A DNA stretch of 64,000 nt from Rhynchobatus australiae (taxonomy: Eukaryota): positions 95,258,402 to 95,322,401 of the forward strand of contig JAUZTB010000107.1 in assembly GCA_034780895.1 (NCBI GenBank). The letters run 5' to 3'. The translations under genes were made by a program, and so were the position numbers. The notes under the pieces are model-generated. The model made no database searches, was not told where the DNA came from, and saw nothing but the letters and a program-made list of their open reading frames with translations. How positions within the stretch are numbered: the first letter of the stretch is position 1; each line of letters opens with the position of its first letter. Positions 52,715 through 63,736 of this stretch are shown piece after piece.

Positions 52715-55700
52715 GTTAGTTGTAAACCAATTGTATGTTGGGTTCTCTTTTTGTTAAATCTTGCCTTAGCTTTAGATGTATCTCAAGTCTTGGCTAAAAG
52801 TGGTGATAATTATTTAGACATCTGTGGTTGAGTTCACCCCTTTCCACCTGAATGCCCACCACCCATCCCTACCAACCTCTTCCCCCAGCAAATCCGGTGA
52901 AATCATCTTCACTTTTATTATAGAGCTAAATTTGTGGAAGAATCCTTCAGTTCAAAAACTTCAGAATTTCACCGTATTAGCAACACGAGCTTGGCAAATT
53001 AATTCAGAATTGCCACTTTTACAAACTACTTTGCTAGTACACCCATAGCTTCCAGTTTTATAATGCTACATCCCAAACTTTAATTATTTCACTCTTTTGG
53101 TATTTTTGAGCTTTTAATTTGTAATACTCTTATTTTCTGATCTGCCCAACCTGAAGCTCCACTGCCCTCCTGGCATGACCACAAGCTGAAGACTTTGCAT
53201 TGTCCAGGACCAGATGCAGCCTGAGCTCTGCAGTCTTTCCTACAGTCCTGAAATGGTTTGTGTTTCCAGTATTAGATATTGGCACACATATATATATTAC
53301 ATATATATGTATATTGTGTAGTATAGATATAAAATATCTCATCNNNNNNNNNNNNNNNNNNNNNNNNNNNNNNNNNNNNNNNNNNNNNNNNNNNNNNNNN
53401 NNNNNNNNNNNNNNNNNNNNNNNNNNNNNNNNNNNNNNNNNNNGAGAGAGAGATTGACAATATAATGCTGGAATTTCACTTTAGAATTTATATGATCACC
53501 AGTTGCATTGCATAACAATTCCTTATAATTTTTGGTCAACCAAATTATAGACAGAAAATTTGAAGTTGCCTATTATGCAATTATAATTTAGCATTAATAT
53601 AATTTCATATGTGGATGTTTATGTAGAATGGAATAAAATCAATTTGGTTTTACATCTAGATATCATTAGAGGTTTTTTTCTTTTCTATAGTTGTCCATTT
53701 ATGTCCTGCAGATCTGCTTTAATGCATTCCAACTAGTTGACCATTAATGCAGCATTGCTTATATGGTTATTGTTCCCTGCGCACTTGGTCAATCTACTGC
53801 TTTGTAGGTCCCCAGCTTCCCGGTTTTTCCAAGCACAAGTTTGATCCTTGTGCACCGCCTCCTGCTCTTCACCCTGACCTAGCTTCTCTTCGCACTCATG
53901 AGCTGCCTCAGATACCACTACCAAAGAATCAAGATACTTTATGCACTTATTAAAGATTTGGACCTTCAAGTCTTCCTCTGGGTCTCCATGACTGGCGAGA
54001 GCATAAGGATAATGGGATAGATACAGAAAGAGTGTAAAAGTATGTAAGATATCAAAAATGTGAGTAAAGACAGCAGAAACTTCTATTTTGAAAAGCAACA
54101 TATGAGAGGCTGAAAAAGAGAGGTGCAGGAAAGACAAGAATTGGGGAGAGACTTATATAAACAGTGAACAACGTCTGTAGATCTGGAGATAACCAGGTAG
54201 ATTATAAATAAGAAACAGAATGACTGTGACAGATCAGAAAAGAATGAAAGTAAGATATACAAGAAGAGGTATACATTTTCCTTGCCATGAGGAATACTGT
54301 GGGAACTGACTGGTAAGTAAAAATTATGTTTTACCATTAAAGTGAATGAAATGTTCCTTCATTTTTCAAAGTACAAGCACTTTTACCATACATTAATTAT
54401 TATTTTTATCTTTATATTCCCTTACTTCAAGTCTCTGTACCACCTATACTAAGCACTCCCACTCAAAAAAAATCCTTGTTTCACTCTCATTAGGCCATTG
54501 TCTTTATATGATTCAGCTATTGCTGTACTTGAGATGCTGGTCAATAGAAGTTGGCAAGACCCTTGAATGCCTCTCTACCAGTTTCCCTCCTAGTGGTAAA
54601 ATGCTGGGATATATATCAATAAAAGCATAATGTTATAAATACTCTGAGGTCAGGCAGCACCTGTGAAGGGGGAAACGTTAATGTAGGAAGAATGGCATGA
54701 AGACTTTCTAGGAGTGAGTCTACAGCCTCTTTCTGTTTTGAAACGTGGAGCTTGTTCTTTAGTTTAGACTCTGAATCTATACTGACCAATGTGTTCACTG
54801 GCTCTGGGGAACAGGGGTTGGGGGGCGGGGGTGTGGGGCAGGCATATTCCATAACCTCTCTCTACTTCCCTTCAGCCAGGAATAGCATTCAGTGCAGTCT
54901 TGACATATGTTTCCGCTTTTGATCTGGATTCATTCTTTGGCTTACTTCTGGTCCAGCACATATCTAAAGTAAAAGTCCTATGGACAGTAGAATTTTCAGT
55001 CTGGGCCTCTTCTGCTCACTATGATTAACTGTTAGCATAATCATTTTGTCTCTGACAACTTGCTCCTCAAGAGGTACCAACACCAGCCTGTGCATCTTGT
55101 CAGCAGAAGCCTATTTGGGGAGGTGGGGGGTATATTCTGTAAGCAGTTAGAGTTGGTTAATGGAGTTTGGATGAAGAAGGGGAACAGAGTTAACTGCAAG
55201 TTCTGAAACGTTGTGGAAATGAGCTTGCTCCTCCTGACTCAGTANNNNNNNNNNNNNNNNNNNNNNNNNNNNNNNNNNNNNNNNNNNNNNNNNNNNNNNN
55301 NNNNNNNNNNNNNNNNNNNNNNNNNNNNNNNNNNNNNNNNNNNNNNNNNNNNNNNNNNNNNNNNNNNNNNNNNNNNNNNNNNNNNNNNNNNNNNNNNNNN
55401 NNNNNNNNNNNNNNNNNNNNNNNNNNNNNNCATTGGGTCGGAAGGGCCTATAACCACGCTGTAAATAAAATTTTTAAAAATTTTAGTTGGGAGGAGTTAG
55501 AATAGAATCTAAGTTGAAGATTTCATTGCAGTGTAGAGGGAGTGCTCTCTATCAGGTGAGCCTTTGAATATTATTTTTGTTCTAATGGAACTCATATAAC
55601 TATTTCTATGATGTGGTGAAAGTGGCATTGCTCATGGAATATTTAGTAACATTTGTTTCGAATTACATACACAAATGCTGATTATATATTGTAAATTTTT

Positions 55701-55894
55701 GCTCAAATAGTCCTTTCTGCGCCAACCCTGAGTGATTGCTTTGAACCAAGATGTTTGAAGCTGTAGTGGGAGTAACAATAAAGTGGCGTAAACTCAATGG
55801 GACGGAAGTTTATTGTCACCTAGACAACTGCATGTGTCATTCTCTGGTTCTCAACAGAAAATGCCTGACCCTTTCAAAATGCCTTCTGAAAATA

Positions 55895-55988
55895 ATTTTT
55901 TATGCATGGTTTAAGGAATATTTTTTATGCATGGTTTAATTTTTTATGCATGGCTTAATTTTTTTATGCATGGTTTAAGGAATATTTT
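55895..55988 (+). repeat. Short tandem repeat (19-25 bp unit, 4 copies)
   Basis: ttttttatgcatggtttaa(ggaata) x4. Confidence 0.9.
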
Positions 55989-57104
55989 AAATGTTTAGGA
56001 TGACAAATTTAGGTGTTTTGAATCCCTGTCCTCCAATTAAAAATACCATCTGTAACATTCCAGTTACATTGCTGCCTGTTGGGCCGCTGCNNNNNNNNNN
56101 NNNNNNNNNNNNNNNNNNNNNNNNNNNNNNNNNNNNNNNNNNNNNNNNNNNNNNNNNNNNNNNNNNNNNNNNNNNNNNNNNNNNNNNNNNNNNNNNNNNN
56201 NNNNNNNNNNNNNNNNNNNNNNNNNNNNNNNNNNNNNNNNNNNNNNNNNNNNNNNNNNNNNNNNNNNNNNNNNNNNNNNNNNNNNNNNNNNNNNNNNNNN
56301 NNNNNNNNNNNNNNNNGAGTAGAAATTCTGTCCCTCTGTAAAGCTAGTATCACTAACTACTCACTAAATATTAACTTCAAAATCTGCAGCAAGTGCACGT
56401 TTAAACATTCCAAACATTCAGACTTTAAAAACATCATGTTTCAAAATGTTTTTATTTCTTTGTGGGGCAAGGTGATTATTTCAGTTTAGAAAATGGCAAC
56501 AGATCTTCAGAATTAAGATTTTGCTTGCATTATGAAGGGAGACTAGTTTCTTCTTCTTGTGTATAATGACCATAAGTTAAAGTTAGTAGGGATAATCTTA
56601 TTTTGTTGCCTCAACCCAGAATTGTTTAATACTTTTCTCAGTGATGACTTTCTCATTTCCTGCATTCCTTTGCAATGGAATGGTTTACTGAGCAATATAA
56701 ACTTTCGTAAGTCCTCCAGAACTTCTCTCTTCTGTCCATTTACTAGTCTTTAGTAGCAGGACAGATGCTCAGGTGGTTCTGAATTTTGAGCATATCAATC
56801 CAATATACATGGCCACATTAAAAGTGCAGGTGTATTGNNNNNNNNNNNNNNNNNNNNNNNNNNNNNNNNNNNNNNNNNNNNNNNNNNNNNNNNNNNNNNN
56901 NNNNNNGAATCTGAAAGCGATGGATACAGTATTCTCTCATTCATGTGGATGGTAGCACTGCTAGTAAGGCCAGAATATATTGCTCCTTCCAGTGAGTCAG
57001 AAGTTAGGAACTGTTGCTTTTGTGTTGAAGGTGCTGTCACAGTACAAATAGATGAGTTCTAGGATTTTTGACAATGAGCACCCAGCAGTATGCCCACCCT
57101 GAAT

Positions 57105-57610
57105 GGCTGCTGTGTATTCCATACCAGACCTTGAGTAATCTGTCCTTTTGGTCTCCATAACCAAGATTCACTAGATTAATTTCGACACTGAAAGATAAGG
57201 AATGAAGTGGTTGTCCTATGGAGAGAGCAGGTAGGATTGGCTTACACTCACTGAAAAATGAGAAGTGATCTCACTGACATGCAACATTCTTAGGCTTGTT
57301 GATGACTTCTCAAGGTGCTGACTTCTCAACTGGAGAGTCCAGAACCAGAGGGCACGGTCTCAGCATAGCAGGTCAGCCTTTTAGGACCAAGATGAGGAGA
57401 AATTTGTTTACTCGGAGGACTACGACACTTTGAGATTTGGAGCCCTGGAAGGCTGTGGATGCTGAGTCAACAAGTTTGTTCCAGACAGGTTGATAGTTTA
57501 TTAGGGCAGTTGAAGGATGTAAGGAAAAGGTAAGAAAATTGGCAAACATTGCATTCAGCCATGATCGAACTGCATTCAACAATTTCAGCGGGCCATATGA
57601 CCTATTTTTA
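57105..57610 (+). mobile_element. Decayed CR1 3' fragment
   Basis: ccagaaccagagggcacggtctcag..tttaggaccaagatgaggagaaatt, homologous to 1-462 and 27740-28030. Confidence 0.65.
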
Positions 57611-57612
57611 TG

Positions 57613-57840
57613 CAGACCCTCCTCAGCTCACAGGCACCTGACTTATGCACAGCCTGTACCTATGAATGAACGTTGGGATACTGGCGGGATGGATTTGTCA
57701 GCTGCTGTGGGGTTACAAGCATCTTCTGCCACCTGGGAATTCAAGTCTGTGGCTGCATTTCCAAATTGCGGATTTGGGTTATGTTCGGGTTATGAGCGGT
57801 TCATAGGAATGGAGCCTTGCCATAACCTGGGGACAGCCTG
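57613..57840. mobile_element. TcMar-Tigger-like MITE, older copy
   Basis: Homologous along its length to 62740-63050; right end ..ataacctggggacagcctg|TA. Confidence 0.65.
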
Positions 57841-59376
57841 TATTCCAGTTATTCTCATGGAACGTGGTTCTCATAGCAAGATGAACATTTAATGCTCATC
57901 CCTAACTGTTCTCGAGAAATTAGTGGTGAACTGTATCCTTGATTCACCGCAGTCATTCTGCTGAAGAATCTCCCACAGAGCCATTAGGTGGGGAGTGACG
58001 GGATTTTGACCCAACAACAATGGAATAGCGATACATTATAAATAAGATGGTGTGCAACTTGGAGGGGAAATTGGAGCTGATGATGATCCCATATCCCATG
58101 AAGCTGCTCCCCTTGCCCCTCTGGCTAATTTGTACACACAGCAGCCATGGTGTGCTGGTGGTAGAACAAACAAGTGTTAAACATGGATAGGATGGCAAGC
58201 AAGTGGGGAAATGGGACGGAAAGTCACTCGCTGTAGAGTTCCAAGGTTTTGACTTATTCTTAAAGCCCCAATGTCTATGTAACAAGAGCAAACAACAAAC
58301 TGCTAGAGGAACTCAGTAGGTCAAAGCAGCATCTGTGGAGGCACAGGGATGGTTAATGTCTCAGTGCAGTTAAGTTTTGGTCTGGATTCATGGATAGACT
58401 AGACCAGGGAAGGGTGGAGACTTCCTACCCCAAAGGACATCAGTGAACCGGACTATTTTTAAATCCAGTAGATCCATGGTCACCATTATTGATATTAATG
58501 TTTTATTTAATTATTTTAAACACATCTCTGGATCCATGGTCTAGTCCTCTAGATAGTGGTGCACAAACTGAACAGCAATGTGACCGTCCGTGTTTGATGT
58601 ATTCTTTGATGTTATTACTACCACGTTCTAACTTTTTCAAATTTTGTTACATTCCATTCAGCAATTGTAACTACATGGCAATTTCCAGCAACAGTTGTAG
58701 TTCTGAACATTAGTTTCAATGACAGTGTCTCAATTTGAAGGTTTGGGGGAAGCATTTTTGATTTGAATGTTTGTTAATTCTGAACATATTCGTTACATGC
58801 AGTTAGCAATAGGAAAACACATTGCTCTCCAAAATTTAAAGGGGGGAGAGTTTGAAGGCTGAGAGTTATTGGAAAGTGGTTACAGGATGGGTACCGTTTT
58901 ATTTTTTTTCTGCATCTCTCAGGCTGGATGAGTACAGAAGCAAAGTGGGATCCAATCTTGCAACATGAATTAGTGGTAATTGACTAAGCTTAGCTTATGC
59001 ATTATTGAGACTTCTTTGTTTTTATTCATAAACTATTTTAATTTTTGAGGGATCAGTAGTGGACATTATTGCTGTTATTTAATCTGTGATATTTTTTCTC
59101 TTCTAGCTTAACTGTGCAGCCAAGCCTGAATGAATCCCTAAATGAATTAGTGTTATTAAACTTTGCAGTGTAGCACATCACATAAATCTACTAAAGTCAC
59201 CAAGCTTCAAGCCTTCATTTCATAATCTAAATATTTTTTAAACATAATACATTTTATGATATCATTCTTTAAAAATTAACGTGCACAGCATATTCCTGGT
59301 AGAACCCCTGAATAATTGGATAATTGTAACCAACTATCATATGAGAGATGTAAACAACTATTTTGTCTTTCTGCAG

Positions 59377-59454
59377 AAAGAACCGTATGTGGATATGCAG
59401 TACTTTGGATCATTTGATAAAATGTACTATCCATATTATGGCAAAAAAGCCCAC
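59377..59454 (+). CDS. ATP1B3: ATP1B3 exon 6
   Basis: Acceptor ttctgcag|AAA; KEPYVDMQYFGSFDKMYYPYYGKKAH with the conserved YxPYYGK motif; 78 nt; donor CAC|gtaagt. Confidence 0.93.
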
Positions 59455-60050
59455 GTAAGTTTGCTTCAACTTTACTACTATATTTGAATGCTCCCTTGTT
59501 TTGAGATTTANNNNNNNNNNNNNNNNNNNNNNNNNNNNNNNNNNNNNNNNNNNNNNNNNNNNNNNNNNNNNNNNNNNNNNNNNNNNNNNNNNNNNNNNNN
59601 NNNNNNNNNNNNNNNNNNNNNNNNNNNNNNNNNNNNNNNNNNNNNNNNNNNNNNNNNNNNNNNNNNNNNNNNNNNNNNNNNNNNNNNNNNNNNNNNNNNN
59701 NNNNNNNNNNNNNNNNNNNNNNNNNNNNNNNNNNNNNNNNNNNNNNNNNNNNNNNNNNNNNNNNNNNNNNNNNNNNNNNNNNNNNNNNNNNNNNNNNNNN
59801 NNNNNNNNNNNNNNNNNNNNNNNNNNNNNNNNNNNNNNNNNNNNNNNNNNNNNNNNNNNNNNNNNNNNNNNNNNNNNNNNNNNNNNNNNNNNNNNNNNNN
59901 NNNNNNNNNNNNNNNNNNNNNNNNNNNNNNNNNNNNNNNNNNNNNNNNNNNNNNNNNNNNNNNNNNNNNNNNNNNNNNNNNNNNNNNNNNNNNNNNNNNN
60001 NNNNNNNNNNNNNNNNNNNNNNNNNNNNNNNNNNNNNNNNNNNNNNNNNN

Positions 60051-61200
60051 ACTCCTCAGTGCCCTACCATTGACTGTGTACGTCCTCCCTTGACTTGTCC
60101 TTCCAAAATGCAACACCTCACATGTCTGCATTAAATCCCATCTGCCATTTTCTGGACCATTCAGATTCCTCTGCAAGCTTAGTACTTGACATTTTCACCC
60201 TGGGAAGAAGACTCTGACTATATACCCCATCTATGCCTCTCCTAATTTTATGCACTTTATCAGATCATCCCTCTGCCTCTGAGCTCCAGAGAAAACAATC
60301 CAAGTTTGTCCAACTTCTCCTATTCTCTAATCCTGGCAACACCCTGGTGACCCTTTTCTGCACTTTTTCCAAAACCTCCACATCCTTCCTGCAGTGCAGT
60401 GACCAGAACTGCACACAATATTCTAAATGTGGCCTAACCAAAGTTTGACACTGCTGCAACATGACTTCCTGACTTCTATACTCATTGCCCCGACCAATGA
60501 ACGTAAGCGTGCCGTACACCTTCTTTACCATCGCATTCACTTGTGTTGCCACTTTCAGGGAACAATGGACTAACACCCCAAGGTCCCTCTGAACATCAGT
60601 GCTCCTAAGGGCCCTGCCTTTTACTGTGTATTTTCCTCTGGAATTTGACCTCCCAAAATGCAACACTTCACACTTGTTCAGATTAAACTCCATCTGCCAT
60701 TCTTCTGCCCAAATTTCCAATGGATCTATGTCCTGCTGTATCCTTTGAAAACCTTCATGGCTACTCGCATCTCCACCTATTTTCATATCATGTGCTAACT
60801 TATGAATCAGACCACCTACATTTTCTCCTAGATCATTATATATTGTAAACATAAGAAATCCCAGCACTGATCCTTGCAGAACACCACTGATCACAGACCC
60901 TCAGTCAGTGGAGTACCCTTGCCCACTACCCTCCATCTTCTGTGACCAATTTTGTATCCTATTTACCAACTCACCATGTGACTTGATCTCCTGGGTCAGC
61001 CTACCACGTTACCTTGTCAAATGCCTTACCGAAGTCCATGTAGACAACATCCACTGCCCTACTGCAACAAACAATCTGCTGGAAGAGTTCAGCGGGTCGA
61101 GCAGCATCTCTGGGAGGGAGGAAAGGAATCGTCGACACTTCGGGTCAAAACCCTCCATCAGGACAGGCATCCACTGCCCTATCCTCATCCACCAGCTTTG
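60051..61200 (-). mobile_element. CR1 LINE RT fragment (ATP1B3 intron 6)
   Basis: 209-aa ORF 60265-60894: SGVLQGSVLG..WQMEFN..KCEVLHFG..RDLGV..LVRPHLEYCVQFWS. Confidence 0.92.
61062..61167 (-). mobile_element. Short Penelope-like terminal fragment nested in CR1
   Basis: Flanked by the 14-bp direct repeat CATCCACTGCCCTA (61048-61061, 61168-61181). Confidence 0.8.
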
Positions 61201-61205
61201 TCACA

Positions 61206-61637
61206 AAGGTAGGATAGTTGGACAGAATGTTCTCATGGTGGGGATGTCAAAAACAAGAGGCCATAGTGTTAAGGCGAGAGGAAGAAGTTTTAAAGGGAAT
61301 TGAGGAGGAAGTGTTTTTTTTTTACACAGATATCTGGAACCCACCGCCAGAGGAGATGGAGGATTCAGATACAATCACAGCGTTTAAGAGATAGTTAGTC
61401 AAGCATTTNNNNNNNNNNNNNNNNNNNNNNNNNNNNNNNNNNNNNNNNNNNNNNNNNNNNNNNNNNNNNNNNNNNNNNNNNNNNNNNNNNNNNNNNNNNN
61501 NNNNNNNNAGTTAGTCAAGCATTTAAATAGGAAAGGCAATAGAAGGATACAGACCTAAATGGAGATGAGCAAAAACACTGCATGGATGTGAGGGGTCAAA
61601 GTGTCCACTTCTGTGCTGTACAACTCTATGACTCTAT
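61206..61637 (+). mobile_element. CR1 3' end
   Basis: SKTRGHSVKARG.SFKG and the tail ctgtgctgtacaactctatgactctat. Confidence 0.75.
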
Positions 61638-61800
61638 TGTTGCTCTCAGGCAACTCATGATAATTGACAAATAGTCAGTTGGCTTCCTCTGTGAAGCTGG
61701 AGACTTCATTCCACCACCTCAGATCCAGTGGAAAGTACTCCTGAAGAGGGGGTGTTCAAATATTGAAATGTCTTAACTTTGCTTTTGCCTTTTTTTGTAG

Positions 61801-61968
61801 GTTAACTATTCCCAGCCTCTGGTTGCTGTAAAACTATTGTTGGGCACCAATGACACCAACAAGGACTTAATGATCGAGTGCAAGATAACTGGTACCAATC
61901 TGAAGAATAATGACGATCGTGACAGGTTCTTGGGTCGGGTAGCTTTCAGAGTTCACGTAGCAGAATAG
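61801..61968 (+). CDS. ATP1B3: ATP1B3 exon 7 (terminal coding exon)
   Basis: Acceptor tttttgtag|GTT; [39 protein letters not shown]; joined CDS 846 nt = 281 aa; paralog assigned from position next to GRK7 and exon sizes. Confidence 0.93.
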   Translation, partial: VNYSQPLVAVKLLLGTNDTNKDLMIECKITGTNLKNNDDRDRFLGRVAFRVHVAE

Positions 61969-62485
61969 CATGAATGGAAGAGCTTGCACGATGACTACTC
62001 TGTTGTCTTGTTTTGTTATAATGCGCTGGACCTGCCATTTTAGATGTGTGACCACTTTGAAGGGGGTATGAGCTAGATGGCATTTAATGGTAGCATCATG
62101 TGCTTCCAGATATCAAGTATTAAAATAAATCCTAAATACATAGCTGCCTGCCTTGCCCCTGCCCAGCCCCCTGTTGGACCAGTTTATGCACATATTAAGA
62201 CATCATGCCATAATAAGGGACCTGTAAATAGCTCTACTTAACTTTGAATAATGGCGGTCTTTGTCGTTTTGTGCTGTGATTTTTGCTCCAAGTGAATGTC
62301 TAAAGCTTAATGTGCTGTTGCTGTGTACATATTTACTGGATTTAACACAGGTTAACGTTCACGTAGAATACGAATGAAAAATTTAGGAAGCAAGATCAAA
62401 GATAACGCAGGCTGACCATAAATGATTTTATAACCTTTGCAGAATTATGTCTTTCGTGCAGATGCCTTAAAACCTGTATGAAGAA

Positions 62486-62501
62486 AATAAAATAAAATAA
62501 A
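62486..62501 (+). terminator. ATP1B3 distal polyadenylation signals
   Basis: Three overlapping AATAAA followed by U/GU-rich sequence, about 520 nt after the stop. Confidence 0.7.
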
Positions 62502-62739
62502 ACTGGATTTTAAACTTTTTTTAGGGTGCAGTTTGGCATCATTGTTTAAAAATTTCACAAAGTTTTATCATTTTTTTGAGCAGGGACTCTTAGAGTAGCA
62601 GTTCATTCTAATAGAAATCATATCTGAATGACAGGGACAGCTCTTTAGTCACATGCACTTAGTCTGAAAGAAAATACATTAATGTAGGGAACTGTAACTT
62701 GTGTATATTCACATAACACTTATTACGATTCACTAAGTA

Positions 62740-63050
62740 CAGGTTCTCCCCAGGTTACAAACGCCTGACTTACGTCCAGCCCATACGTACGAATGAGCAT
62801 TTGGGAGATAGGCAGGNNNNNNNNNNNNNNNNNNNNNNNNNNNNNNNNNNNNNNNNNNNNNNNNNNNNNNNNNNNNNNNNNNNNNNNNNNNNNNNNNNNN
62901 NNNNNNNNNNNNNNNNGGCAGGATGGACTGCCGGCTGCTGCGGCATCTTCTGCCACTTGGGAACTCGGTTCACAGCTGCATTTCCGACTTGTGAACTGTC
63001 CGGGTAATGAACAATTCACAGGAACCCTGCCGTAACATGGCAAGGACCTG
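62740..63050. mobile_element. TcMar-Tigger-like MITE
   Basis: TA|CAGGTTCTCCCCAGGTTAC ... GTAACATGGCAAGGACCTG|TA: imperfect 19-bp TIRs with a TA target duplication. Confidence 0.8.
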
Positions 63051-63396
63051 TAATGCATGCACAATAAATTGAAACAATTGCATACCGTGCTTATTGTTTT
63101 CTGTTTTATCAATAAGCACAGAAAATACATATACTTAGCAAATATGAATGCTGAAATCATATACCAAAGGTTGGTATTGATCGCACGTTTATTAAATCAG
63201 AAACATAATTATCCATTCATCTGTTACATGTTGGAAGACCAAAACACAACTTCTTAAATATATTTTAAAGTTGAAATGCATTTTAAAGCTGATATTTGAC
63301 CAATGAATAATTTTCATAAAATTCTGTTATTTCTCTTCAAACTGGCAGCTAAGGAACACATTACAATTTAACAATTAAAACATTAGATGTATAACG

Positions 63397-63529
63397 GAAC
63401 AAGATGCTGAAAGAACTCAGCAGGCCAGGCAGCATCTCTGGAGAAAAACAATGCTACCTTGGCCTGCTGAGTACCTCCAGCATCTTGTTTTTCCGTCTAG
63501 ATTCCAGCATTTGCAGCCCTTAGTTCCTC
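63397..63529. mobile_element. Penelope-like inverted terminal mini-insertion
   Basis: 13-bp TSD TAGATGTATAACG (63384-63396, 63530-63542); internal inverted arms 63398-63429 and 63457-63489. Confidence 0.8.
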
Positions 63530-63736
63530 TAGATGTATAACGCATCAAGTTGCTAAATTTATGCATGTAGAGGATGATAGAAATTTAATTACTGCATGCA
63601 AAATTGTTCAAAACGTTTTTACATTAACTGAAAATAACAATTCGGGCACTACCTTTGCGAAGTGAAACAGAGTTTCAGGCTGGTAACCTTAAGCTGGGAT
63701 GCTGAAACTTACAACGAATTTGTTCTCTCTTTCCCT

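Noticed and set aside
53130-53342. Minus-strand LHLVLDNAKS, resembling a DDE transposase motif
   Set aside because: Single short motif with no other catalytic residues or TIRs recognisable
61966-62043. Possible stop-codon readthrough of ATP1B3 (TAG CAT GAA, about 24 open codons)
   Set aside because: Context does not match the known UGA-CUAG or UAG-CARYYA motifs, and the open length is unremarkable
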